Source: an uncultured Eubacteriales bacterium (GTDB lineage: Bacteria; Bacillota; Clostridia; Oscillospirales; Acutalibacteraceae). From it: DNA of 64,000 nt. Below, piece by piece: positions 48,378-56,337 of this stretch; position 1 is the first letter of the stretch, and each line of letters begins with the position of its first letter. The notes beneath the pieces were generated by a model. The model saw only the letters and a list, made by a program, of their open reading frames with translations, ran no database searches and had not been told where the DNA came from. The stretch covers positions 909 to 64,908 of the forward strand of contig CAZURV010000009.1 in assembly GCA_964623515.1 (NCBI GenBank). The letters run 5' to 3'. The translations under genes were made by a program, and so were the position numbers.

Positions 48378-49682
48378 TTATTTATCCGTATTTCTTAAAT
48401 CAATGATTCTTTTTGCTTTGCCTTCGTATCTCTTAATTGAGCGCGGACCTACAAGCGTCACTTTGGCTTTGATACCGAGAACTGTGTGGAGTTTGCTGAT
48501 TACTTTTTGCCTCAAATCTTCAAGGGTAGCGTAATTTTCAAGCAGTCCGCCGTCAATGATTTCAACTTTAACCTCAAGATAATCGGTGTAGTTGCTTCTT
48601 GTGAGAATCAGTTCGTAATGCGGAGATATTCCGTCTATTCCTGCAATAACGCTTTCAATGGCGCTCGGAAAAACATTGACGCCTCTGATTTTAAGCATAT
48701 CATCGCATCTCCCGCGTACTTTGTCCATTCTTGCATGGGTACGTCCGCACTTGCATGGTTCATATGTAAGATTCGTTATATCTTTTGTGCGGTAACGCAG
48801 AAGAGGCATGCCTTCTTTTGTAAGTGTGGTAACAACCATCTCTCCGTATTCGCCTTCGGGCAGAATCTCTCCTGTGTCGGTATCAATTACTTCGGGCAAG
48901 AAGTGGTCTTCGGCAAAATGCAGACCGCACCTGTATTCGCATTCACCTGACGCTCCGGGACCGCCTATTTCGCTTAGACCCCAGTTGTCTGTGGAAAACA
49001 GACCAAAGCCTTTTTCAATTTTATTGCGCAACTCTATTGTACAGCCTTCCGAACCGAACAGGCCTATGCGGAGTTTTATATCGTCTTTTGTATAGCCGAG
49101 TTCTTTTGCCACTTCGCTCATATACATTGCATAGGATGGAGTTGCGATAAGCACGGTTGAACCGAAATCGCTGAGCATCATACATTGCTTTTCGGTATTC
49201 CCAGATGATATGGGAATAACACTGCATCCGATTTTTTCCAGACCGTAATGAAGACCGAGTGCGCCTGTAAACAAACCGTAACCAAACGATATCTGCGCAA
49301 CGTCTTCGTCGTTGACGCCAACTGCAACGGCCAGCCTTGCAACGCAGTCGCTCCAGTTGTCAAGATCACGGCGTGTATAGCAGACGGGTGTCGGTTTGCC
49401 GCTTGTTCCGCTGGAAGCGTGAATCCTGACGATATTTTTAGATGGTGCTGCAAACAGTCCGCGCGGATAATTCGCCCGTATATCATCCTTTGTGGTATAG
49501 GGAATATACTGAATGTCAGATAGTGTTTTTATTTTATCTCCGGTAATTCCGAGTTTGCCGAGTCTTTCTGCGTAAAACGGAACGTTTGCTATGCAGTAGT
49601 CAACCGTTTGTTTTAATCTTTTAAGCTGTAACTGTTCCAACTCTTTCCTCGGCATGGTTTCAATTTCTTTTTGAAAAAACAT
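48378..49682 (-). CDS. Phenylacetate--CoA ligase family protein (PaaK-like), copy 2
   Basis: 434 aa with SSGTSGK. A paralog of 44575..45885 with the same domain order. Confidence 0.88.
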   Translation of the reverse strand: MFFQKEIETMPRKELEQLQLKRLKQTVDYCIANVPFYAERLGKLGITGDKIKTLSDIQYIPYTTKDDIRANYPRGLFAAPSKNIVRIHASSGTSGKPTPVCYTRRDLDNWSDCVARLAVAVGVNDEDVAQISFGYGLFTGALGLHYGLEKIGCSVIPISSGNTEKQCMMLSDFGSTVLIATPSYAMYMSEVAKELGYTKDDIKLRIGLFGSEGCTIELRNKIEKGFGLFSTDNWGLSEIGGPGASGECEYRCGLHFAEDHFLPEVIDTDTGEILPEGEYGEMVVTTLTKEGMPLLRYRTKDITNLTYEPCKCGRTHARMDKVRGRCDDMLKIRGVNVFPSAIESVIAGIDGISPHYELILTRSNYTDYLEVKVEIIDGGLLENYATLEDLRQKVISKLHTVLGIKAKVTLVGPRSIKRYEGKAKRIIDLRNTDK

Positions 49683-49789
49683 GTATATCTTCCTTTCCTG
49701 AAAACAGGTTTGTAAATTGCTTGCGATTTTTCTGCAAAGAATATATAATATTTATTTGAGCTTTAAAATATATTGTGAAAGGCAAAATT

Positions 49790-50605
49790 ATGATTATTGA
49801 TTTTCATACGCATGTTTTCCCTGACAAAATTGCGAAAAAAACAATAAAATATTTAATGCATAAAGGCGGGATTTCATCTTATGGAAACGGAAACCTTGCT
49901 TCGCTTGAAGCGGCAATGAAAAAAGCGAAAACCGACTTGGCAGTCGTGATGCCTGTGGTTACCAATCCCAAGCAGTTTGATTCTGTAAACAGATTTGCCG
50001 CCGAAATCAGCAAAAGGGAAGGAATCGTATCGTTTGGGGGAATCCATCCGAACTGCGGAGATATAAAAGAAAAACTCAGTTTCCTTAAATCAGAGGGATT
50101 CAAAGGCATAAAACTGCATCCCGATTATCAACAAACCTATATCAATGATAAAAAAATGCTTAGGTTGATAGAAACGGCGCTCGGTATGGATTTTTATATT
50201 ACCGTTCACGCGGGGCTCGATCCTGCTTATCCAGATGAAATACATTGTCCACCCGAGCAGTCCGCAAAAATGATAAAGCATATTTACGGAGGATGTAACA
50301 ACGTTCAGCCGAGAATCATACTTGCACATCTGGGCGGGTACTGCCAATATAACGATGCGGAAAAGTATCTTGTAGGACTTCCGGTTTATCTCGACCTTGC
50401 CGTTATTTTGAATCATGCGCCCAAAGCGCAGATTGAACGAATAATTAAAAATCACGGGGCTGATAAAATCCTTTATGCCAGTGATTTTCCGTGGAGCGAT
50501 TTAAACGCGGATATAGAAACATTCAATTCTTTAAAAGTTACGGATGACGACAAAGAGAAAATTCTCTGCCGCAACGCCTGTAAAATTCTCGACATGAAGC
50601 AGTAA
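49790..50605 (+). CDS. Amidohydrolase-family (TIM-barrel metal-dependent hydrolase) protein
   Basis: MIIDFHTHVFPDKI at the N-terminus, with later His/Asp ligands. The track ORF starts at GTG 49775. Confidence 0.75.
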   Translation: MIIDFHTHVFPDKIAKKTIKYLMHKGGISSYGNGNLASLEAAMKKAKTDLAVVMPVVTNPKQFDSVNRFAAEISKREGIVSFGGIHPNCGDIKEKLSFLKSEGFKGIKLHPDYQQTYINDKKMLRLIETALGMDFYITVHAGLDPAYPDEIHCPPEQSAKMIKHIYGGCNNVQPRIILAHLGGYCQYNDAEKYLVGLPVYLDLAVILNHAPKAQIERIIKNHGADKILYASDFPWSDLNADIETFNSLKVTDDDKEKILCRNACKILDMKQ

Positions 50606-50740
50606 ATTATCGGATTTCCGTTTTCATAATTGTAATTAACTAATATATATTTTATATTAAATGAAATAATATTTCAACATGTATTGTTAAAAACATTGTG
50701 GCAATTTAAATACAAGGGAAAGGATTTGTTGAAAAAGGTA

Positions 50741-50781
50741 AATGAAAGCTGTCTTATTTTTTATTTAAGACAGCTTTCATT
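50741..50781. terminator. Bidirectional terminator
   Basis: 16-bp inverted repeat AATGAAAGCTGTCTTA/TAAGACAGCTTTCATT with a T-rich loop and a following GTTTTATTT. Confidence 0.75.
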
Positions 50782-50817
50782 GTTTTATTTGAAACAAAAT
50801 CTGTGTACTTAATGCCT

Positions 50818-52425
50818 TTAATTAACCGTTGCGGGGATTTCTTTTCCAATCCACATATTTTCCCATTTTTGTCCGGCGATTTTTTCACAGATCTTCTTTT
50901 CTTCGTCTGTAAGCGTGGTTGTGCCGGTTTCTTTTTTCTCTTTTATGGCACGCTTAATCAGAGCATGGTCGGTTTTGGTCATCTTGTATTTGTATGCGGA
51001 GATGATTGAACAGATTATAAACAGTATCGGAAGAACCGCATACGTGAAACGGACACCGAAAATGGCGGTCGGAGAATTTGTCTGTGCGTTGGCGTTAAAG
51101 CCGAAGGCTCCGAGAATAAATCCGGTTACCGCAGCTGAAAGACCGCTTACTATTTTTTTGATAAGTGTGGAGAACGTGGAAATTTTACCCTCACGCCTTT
51201 CTCCTGAAATCATTTCGTCAACATCTGTAATATCCGGGAATATATTTCCGGTTACGCTGTTGACCCCTGCGAGGCCGAAATTATAAAAAATATAAACAAG
51301 AATCAGCAGAAATTGCGGGCTTCCTTTTTTGACCGTAAAGCTTAAAAGCAAGGCCAGAATGATAAACGGCAGTTCAATTTTGGCGGGCGCCTGTTTGCTG
51401 AAGTTAACAGATATGACATAATTTAGTGGAAAGCCTGCCGCTTCGCCCGCCTGTGAAATGAAGTTGGTGATTGTGTAAAGCCCTACCATTCCCGCGACAT
51501 TGCAAAGGAAATAATATGATGTGTTTGAAATAAATCCCAGTGCGATACAGTTAAAAAAACTTAATGCAAAATACTGCCTGAACGCTTTGCTACTAAGTAT
51601 GGATTTATATTCTGCAATAAATTCACTGAAATTGAACGGCGGCTGTTTTTCATGGAGCGAGCTCGGTTCTTTTGTACCGAAAAATGTTGCTATTAAAGGA
51701 AGCGAGAAGAAAAGGCACAGAACGATTCCCATAATCATAAATCTGTTTTTGAAAGATGCATCAAATTCGGGTGTGTTGCCCAAAGCACTGAACACCGAAC
51801 TGATAACGGATTTTCCCTCTCTTTTTGTATAGCTGAGAATAAGTGTTGCTATCAGGAAAGAGCCTTCCGTTCCTATGGCGTCTATAATTGTTTTCATGGC
51901 GTTGTACTGTGTACGCAGATTGTATTTCGGCGCAAGCACGGGAAGCATCGCCGTGTGCGGAACAACAACAACCGTGTATGCCGTGCTGAAAAGCATATAG
52001 GCAACAATAAAATAAATCATTTTAACGGTAGTGTTATCATTGTCTATTCCGAAAGAATACCACATCATAAAATATGTAATTGCAACGGGGACAAGACCCA
52101 TAATTAGATAAAGACGGTGTCTGCCGTATTTTGAACGCGTTCTGTCTGTGATAATTCCCATTGCCGGATCGGTAAATGCATCGCAGAGTTTTGCGCACAG
52201 AACCACGATGCCTGCCTGTGAGGTGGACAGCCCCTCGACTTTTGTCAGAAATGGTATCAAAAACAGTCCGATGATGTAAAAAGAACCGTTTGCGAGAAAT
52301 ACTGCCCAGTTATAGTTAATCATGGAAGGCAGTGAGGATTTGAAATCACTGTCAAATCCCAGGAAGGAGAGGATTTTGTTTCCTGCTCCGGACTTTTCTT
52401 TATGCATCTTTTCCTCCGTTTTCAC
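50818..52425 (-). CDS. MFS transporter, GPH family, with a ~55-aa cytoplasmic C-terminal tail
   Basis: 535 aa with about 12 TM helices and the GPH motif KLCDAFTDPAMGIITD. Confidence 0.8.
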   Translation of the reverse strand: MKTEEKMHKEKSGAGNKILSFLGFDSDFKSSLPSMINYNWAVFLANGSFYIIGLFLIPFLTKVEGLSTSQAGIVVLCAKLCDAFTDPAMGIITDRTRSKYGRHRLYLIMGLVPVAITYFMMWYSFGIDNDNTTVKMIYFIVAYMLFSTAYTVVVVPHTAMLPVLAPKYNLRTQYNAMKTIIDAIGTEGSFLIATLILSYTKREGKSVISSVFSALGNTPEFDASFKNRFMIMGIVLCLFFSLPLIATFFGTKEPSSLHEKQPPFNFSEFIAEYKSILSSKAFRQYFALSFFNCIALGFISNTSYYFLCNVAGMVGLYTITNFISQAGEAAGFPLNYVISVNFSKQAPAKIELPFIILALLLSFTVKKGSPQFLLILVYIFYNFGLAGVNSVTGNIFPDITDVDEMISGERREGKISTFSTLIKKIVSGLSAAVTGFILGAFGFNANAQTNSPTAIFGVRFTYAVLPILFIICSIISAYKYKMTKTDHALIKRAIKEKKETGTTTLTDEEKKICEKIAGQKWENMWIGKEIPATVN

Positions 52426-52958
52426 ATTATATTAGCCGCTATAAAAGGATATTTGCCGAAAGCGTCTTCAACATTATCATAAACATGGTCGTACTCTTTG
52501 CCGTTGAATCTGTTGTAAACCGTTATTCTTTCATTGTCCGTTACGCGATAGGCAACGGTATGAATGGAACTCATCATTGCTTTTCCTGTCCAGAAAGAGA
52601 TAACACCGTATTTCCCTTTTGGAGCGTATTTCAGAAAATTGCTTTTTTTCTTTATGGTTGTAACCGGGATATTATGTCTTTTGAAGTAGTGGGAGAGCAC
52701 GTAAACGTTCGTTCCGAAAAAGCCGCACAGAATATTTCCGTATCTGTAAACCTCTTTGGCAATTTCACACAGAGGCTGAGGTTTTCCGTACATTTTCAGC
52801 AGATTGTATATTCCTATAATTTCACACCCGCACCAGCCAAAACTGAAAAAGCCGTAACGGTAATTTGCCACCGTTCCCGCTGCCTGTGCGTTAATCATTC
52901 CTGCGGGAAGATCTTTTTCAAAAGTTTTATTATGGCGATAATTGAATCTTTCAAGCAT
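52422..52958 (-). CDS. Hypothetical protein with a possible Cys/His (papain-like) catalytic pair
   Basis: 178 aa with a GWCGCEIIGIYNLL motif and a later SSIHTVAY. Translationally coupled (4-nt overlap) to the GPH transporter. The function call is speculative. Confidence 0.5.
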   Translation of the reverse strand: MLERFNYRHNKTFEKDLPAGMINAQAAGTVANYRYGFFSFGWCGCEIIGIYNLLKMYGKPQPLCEIAKEVYRYGNILCGFFGTNVYVLSHYFKRHNIPVTTIKKKSNFLKYAPKGKYGVISFWTGKAMMSSIHTVAYRVTDNERITVYNRFNGKEYDHVYDNVEDAFGKYPFIAANIM

Positions 52959-53055
52959 ATTTTTCTCCTTTCGGCGAATATAACGGTTTAGCCCTTTGAT
53001 TTAATCATTATACAATAAAAGTTATCATATTGCAAAAAAGTACACAGAGGAATGA

Positions 53056-53084
53056 TTGACAAGAGATTTTGCTTACGTTATAAT
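53056..53084 (+). promoter_or_regulatory. Consensus sigma-A promoter driving RNA element copy B and the AIM24-like gene
   Basis: TTGACA (53056-53061), 17-nt spacer, TATAAT (53079-53084). Confidence 0.75.
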
Positions 53085-53090
53085 TTAAAC

Positions 53091-53240
53091 ATAAATTCGA
53101 CAAAGACGGTTTCCCGTCTCTAAGGCGGGTGGATTGCTTTTTCAAAATCAGCGGCGGGAAACAATTCCTTTTGATGCTTAAACAGTTGCGTTGTTCTTTG
53201 CCGCGTTATTTAACGCGGCAAAGCCCTTATTAGAAAATTT
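53091..53240 (+). ncRNA. Unassigned structured RNA element, copy B (5' leader of the AIM24-like gene; candidate cis-regulator)
   Basis: Hairpin 1 is CCGTC/GGCGG around TCTAA, with an alternative upstream partner GACGG. Hairpin 2 is ATCAG..GG/CC..TTGAT. Hairpin 3 is a perfect 12-bp stem CTTTGCCGCGTT/AACGCGGCAAAG followed by CCCTTATT. The element ends at the GGAGG preceding ATG 53258. Confidence 0.6.
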
Positions 53241-53257
53241 TTGGAGGATATTATATT

Positions 53258-53944
53258 ATGCAGTACAGAATATATGGCGAGTCGTTGCCTGCGGTTGAAA
53301 TTCAGCTTCAGCAGGGTGAGGCAATTTTTACGGAATCGGGCGGAATGAGCTGGATGAGCTCATCGATGAAAATGGAAACGAATATGAGAGGCGGAGTTTT
53401 CGGCGGAGTCGGCAGAATGTTTTCCGGAGAAAGTCTTTTTATGGCAACCTATACCGCACAGACGGGAAACGGAATGATAACGCTTTCTTCTTCTTTTCCG
53501 GGCTCTATTATTCCCCTTGATCTTTCCGGCGGAAAAGAATATATCTGTCAGAAAACGGCATTTCTCTGCGCACAGCCTACGGTTAATTTATCTGTTGAAT
53601 TTACCAAAAGAATTTCAAGCGGTTTTCTGGGAGGCGAGGGATTTATTCTTCAGAAACTCAGCGGATACGGAACGGCATTTATTGAAATTGATGGCTGTGC
53701 AAAGGAATATGAGCTTGCATCGGGAGAGCAACTTGTTGTCAGCACGGGGAATGTTGCGGCGTTTGAGTCGACGGTTTCCTATGAAGTCAAAACGATTAAA
53801 GGCTTCAAAAATGTGCTTTTCGGTGGGGAAGGATTATTCAATACTGTGCTTACGGGGCCGGGCAAAGTTTATCTTCAGACGATAATTCTGCTGGATTTTG
53901 CATCGAAAATCATTCCTTATATCCCTTCCTCTTCGTCAAACTGA
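53258..53944 (+). CDS. AIM24/TIGR00266-family (DUF124) protein
   Basis: 228 aa with YRIYGESLPAVEIQLQQGEAIFTESGGMSWM.., GGEGFILQKLSGYGTAFIE and GEGLFNTVLTGPGKVYLQT, typical of the family. Confidence 0.8.
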   Translation: MQYRIYGESLPAVEIQLQQGEAIFTESGGMSWMSSSMKMETNMRGGVFGGVGRMFSGESLFMATYTAQTGNGMITLSSSFPGSIIPLDLSGGKEYICQKTAFLCAQPTVNLSVEFTKRISSGFLGGEGFILQKLSGYGTAFIEIDGCAKEYELASGEQLVVSTGNVAAFESTVSYEVKTIKGFKNVLFGGEGLFNTVLTGPGKVYLQTIILLDFASKIIPYIPSSSSN

Positions 53945-53956
53945 GTGAATGACTTG

Positions 53957-53985
53957 CTCGTATACTTTGGTGTACGGGCTTTTTT
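53957..53985 (+). terminator. Rho-independent terminator after the AIM24-like gene
   Basis: Stem CTCGTATAC/GTGTACGGG (two G-U pairs) with loop TTTG, followed by CTTTTTT. Confidence 0.7.
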
Positions 53986-54087
53986 GCAACCGTTGGTTGC
54001 ACATTTGAAAAGCAAAGTTTATGGTATTTTTTATCGTTTGATATTAAACTGATTGTTAAACAACCTATTACTGCGGGGAGAAACGAG

Positions 54088-54864
54088 ATGAATATGGAAA
54101 TCGCGAATAAATTATATGAGTTAAGGCGTGAAAACGTGTTATCGCAGGAGGCGTTGGCGGAAAAACTGAATATATCCAGGCAGTCTGTTTCAAAATGGGA
54201 AAGGGGAGAATCAAGTCCCGATACGGATAATCTGATTGCGCTTGCAAAACTTTATGATATTTCTTTGGATGAACTGCTGCTGAACAATTCTCGCGGAGCG
54301 GAAAAAAACGAATCCGAACCGAATGCATGCACAAAAGATGCCGATTTCGTTACAGAAGAACATTCTTGTTCGGAGAAAAACAGGGAAGAACGCAAAGGTC
54401 ATAATTTTATAGATATAGATGATGGACAAAACACTGTTAAAATCGGAACGCAAGGCATTTGTGTGAATGAAAAAGAGGGAAATACGGTTAAAATAGATAA
54501 AAACGGCGTATATGTTAATGGCGGTGCGGCTGATGATCATATTTTCACCGAGGGCAAAAAGAAAAATAAGTTTATGGTTTTTCCTTATCCTGTGTTAGTT
54601 GTAATTTTATTTTTAGTGCTCGGGTGTACGCTTAAAGTATGGAGCACGGCATGGCTGTTGTTTTTGACTATACCTCTTTACTATACTTTGATTGAAGCGA
54701 TAGAAAGAAAAAATGCAAATATTTTTTGCTATCCGGTTTTTACGACTCTTATCTATCTTTGTATGGGATTTTTCCTGCATTTATGGGCATGGGGATGGAT
54801 CGTGTTTTTAACCATTCCGATATATTATGCATTCTGTCCGCACAAAGAGGAACACAAAGAATAG
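54088..54864 (+). CDS. Membrane-tethered XRE-family HTH protein with a duplicated 2-TM module
   Basis: N-terminal HTH_3 (LSQEALAEKLNISRQSVSKWERGESSP) and a soluble linker. The C-terminus holds two homologous TM hairpins (FPYPVLVV..LLFLTIPLYY and FCYPVFTT..IVFLTIPIYY). Confidence 0.8.
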   Translation: MNMEIANKLYELRRENVLSQEALAEKLNISRQSVSKWERGESSPDTDNLIALAKLYDISLDELLLNNSRGAEKNESEPNACTKDADFVTEEHSCSEKNREERKGHNFIDIDDGQNTVKIGTQGICVNEKEGNTVKIDKNGVYVNGGAADDHIFTEGKKKNKFMVFPYPVLVVILFLVLGCTLKVWSTAWLLFLTIPLYYTLIEAIERKNANIFCYPVFTTLIYLCMGFFLHLWAWGWIVFLTIPIYYAFCPHKEEHKE

Positions 54865-54977
54865 ATTTTCAATTTACGCATTAAGGATTAAACCGAAAAT
54901 GAGGCAAAACGAAAGGAACTGAAATTTCCAAAGAGTAATAAAGAAAAATCGTAAAAAAGAAATGTAACTTATGTAAA

Positions 54978-55104
54978 GATGTCCCCGCCTCTAAGGCGGC
55001 GGGCGCCGTTTTCGAAATCAGAGGGATATAACTCCATCTGATTTCTCAGACAGCTGATGTTCTTTGCCGCGTTGAATAGCGGAAAGCCCATTATTGAAAC
55101 AACA
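54978..55104 (+). ncRNA. Unassigned structured RNA element, copy C
   Basis: The 5' end GATGTCCCCGCCTCT is identical to copy A. Hairpins are CCGCC/GGCGG around TCTAA, AAATCAGA/TCTGATTT with inner GGG/CTC, and CTTTGCCGC/GCGGAAAG, followed by CCCATTATT. Confidence 0.6.
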
Positions 55105-55140
55105 GAACCGATTTGCAGTTGCAGGTCGGTTCGTTAATTT
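55105..55140 (+). terminator. Terminator-like hairpin immediately 3' of RNA element copy C
   Basis: GAACCGA/TCGGTTC (55105-55111/55126-55132) followed by GTTAATTTT. Confidence 0.55.
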
Positions 55141-55168
55141 TGACAAAATTATAAAAAGAATATATTAT
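55140..55168 (+). promoter_or_regulatory. Sigma-A type promoter of the macro/vWA gene pair
   Basis: TTGACA (55140-55145), 17-nt spacer, TATTAT (55163-55168). Confidence 0.55.
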
Positions 55169-55197
55169 TGATTTAAAAATGAATGTGAGGTGTGCTT

Positions 55198-56232
55198 ATG
55201 CCGTTACAGATAATCAGAAATGATATAACAAAGATGGAATGTGATGCGATTGTCAACGCTGCCAATTCAACACTTTTAGGCGGCGGGGGAGTCGACGGTG
55301 CGATACATAGGGCAGCAGGCAGGGGCTTACTGCGGGAATGCAGGAGGCTTGGCGGTTGTAAAGTCGGTCAAGCCAAGATAACAAAAGGATATAAATTACC
55401 TTGTAAATATATTATACATACTGTCGGTCCGATATGGAAGGGCGGTAACAATCATGAAAAAGAATTACTGGTATCTTGCTATAATCATTCACTTGCTCTT
55501 GCTAAAGAGAATAACTGTGCGTCTGTTGCATTTCCTTTAATTTCATCGGGAGTTTATGGATATCCTATGGATAAAGCAATGAAAGCCGCAGTTGATACTA
55601 TCGGCTCATTTCTGTTGCATAATGATATGCTTGTGTATATCGTTGTTTATAACAAAAACGCCGTAAATATAGGCAATAAGCTGTTTACAGACATTGCAGA
55701 GTACATAGATGATAACTATGCAGCTGAGCATACGGACATTAACTATGAGCAAATGTGTCAGGCACAGTGCAGTATGACTTATTCCGAAAGAAAATACGTT
55801 GAAGTTCAGGATACTGTTGGTGAAGCGTTGTCTGTACAGCCGTTTGAAAGTGAAAGTAAACTCGGTCTGGAGGAGATACTTGATAATATGATTGACGAAA
55901 GCTTTTCTCAAATGCTGTTGCGCAAGATTGATGAAAACGGAATGACTGACAGTGAATGCTATAAAAAAGCGAATATCGATCGAAAGCTGTTTTCGAAAAT
56001 ACGCAGTAATCCACAATACAAACCAAGCAAAATAACGGCAATAGCCTTTGCGATTGCGCTTGAGCTTTCACTTGATGAAACGAAAAATATGCTGATGAAA
56101 GCGGGATTTGCATTATCGCACAGCAACAAGTTTGATATTATTATTGAATATTTTATCAGTAAGGGTAACTATAATATCTTTGAAATCAACGAGGCGCTTT
56201 TTGCCTTTGACCAATGCTTGCTTGGTGCGTAA
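55198..56232 (+). CDS. Macro domain (ADP-ribose binding/hydrolase) protein fused to a C-terminal XRE-like HTH domain
   Basis: ATG at 55198 after GTGAGG. Macro motifs are [26 protein letters not shown] and [12 protein letters not shown]. The C-terminal ~110 aa has an HTH-like pattern ([41 protein letters not shown]). Confidence 0.85.
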   Translation: MPLQIIRNDITKMECDAIVNAANSTLLGGGGVDGAIHRAAGRGLLRECRRLGGCKVGQAKITKGYKLPCKYIIHTVGPIWKGGNNHEKELLVSCYNHSLALAKENNCASVAFPLISSGVYGYPMDKAMKAAVDTIGSFLLHNDMLVYIVVYNKNAVNIGNKLFTDIAEYIDDNYAAEHTDINYEQMCQAQCSMTYSERKYVEVQDTVGEALSVQPFESESKLGLEEILDNMIDESFSQMLLRKIDENGMTDSECYKKANIDRKLFSKIRSNPQYKPSKITAIAFAIALELSLDETKNMLMKAGFALSHSNKFDIIIEYFISKGNYNIFEINEALFAFDQCLLGA

Positions 56233-56337
56233 TTTTGTCGCATTACAGGCGACCAAGTGATGTTAAAACCTCTGTATAATGAGCTTGTAAGGCTGAAAAC
56301 AGCCAAAACATAAATTCATTATACGGAGGTTTTTTCT

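Noticed and set aside
53114-53235. Possible identity of the three-copy motif with guanidine-I/ykkC (UCUAGGG.., AAAAGCCCGGGAGA), c-di-GMP-I (ACGCAAAGCC) or twister (AAGCCC) RNAs.
   Set aside because: Only short fragments match (UCUAAGG, AAAGCCC). The other invariant blocks of those families are absent: GGUCCGAGAG and GGGAGA for ykkC, GGCAAA plus the tetraloop-receptor architecture for GEMM, and the twister P1/P2/T1 layout. I cannot exclude a remote relationship without a covariance-model search.
55053-55090. Hammerhead-like CUGAUG ... GAAAG in RNA copy C.
   Set aside because: Extra nucleotides (UUCUUU) separate CUGAUG from the stem, and the GAAA is itself paired in hairpin 3. Copies A and B lack CUGANGA. 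This is not a hammerhead core.
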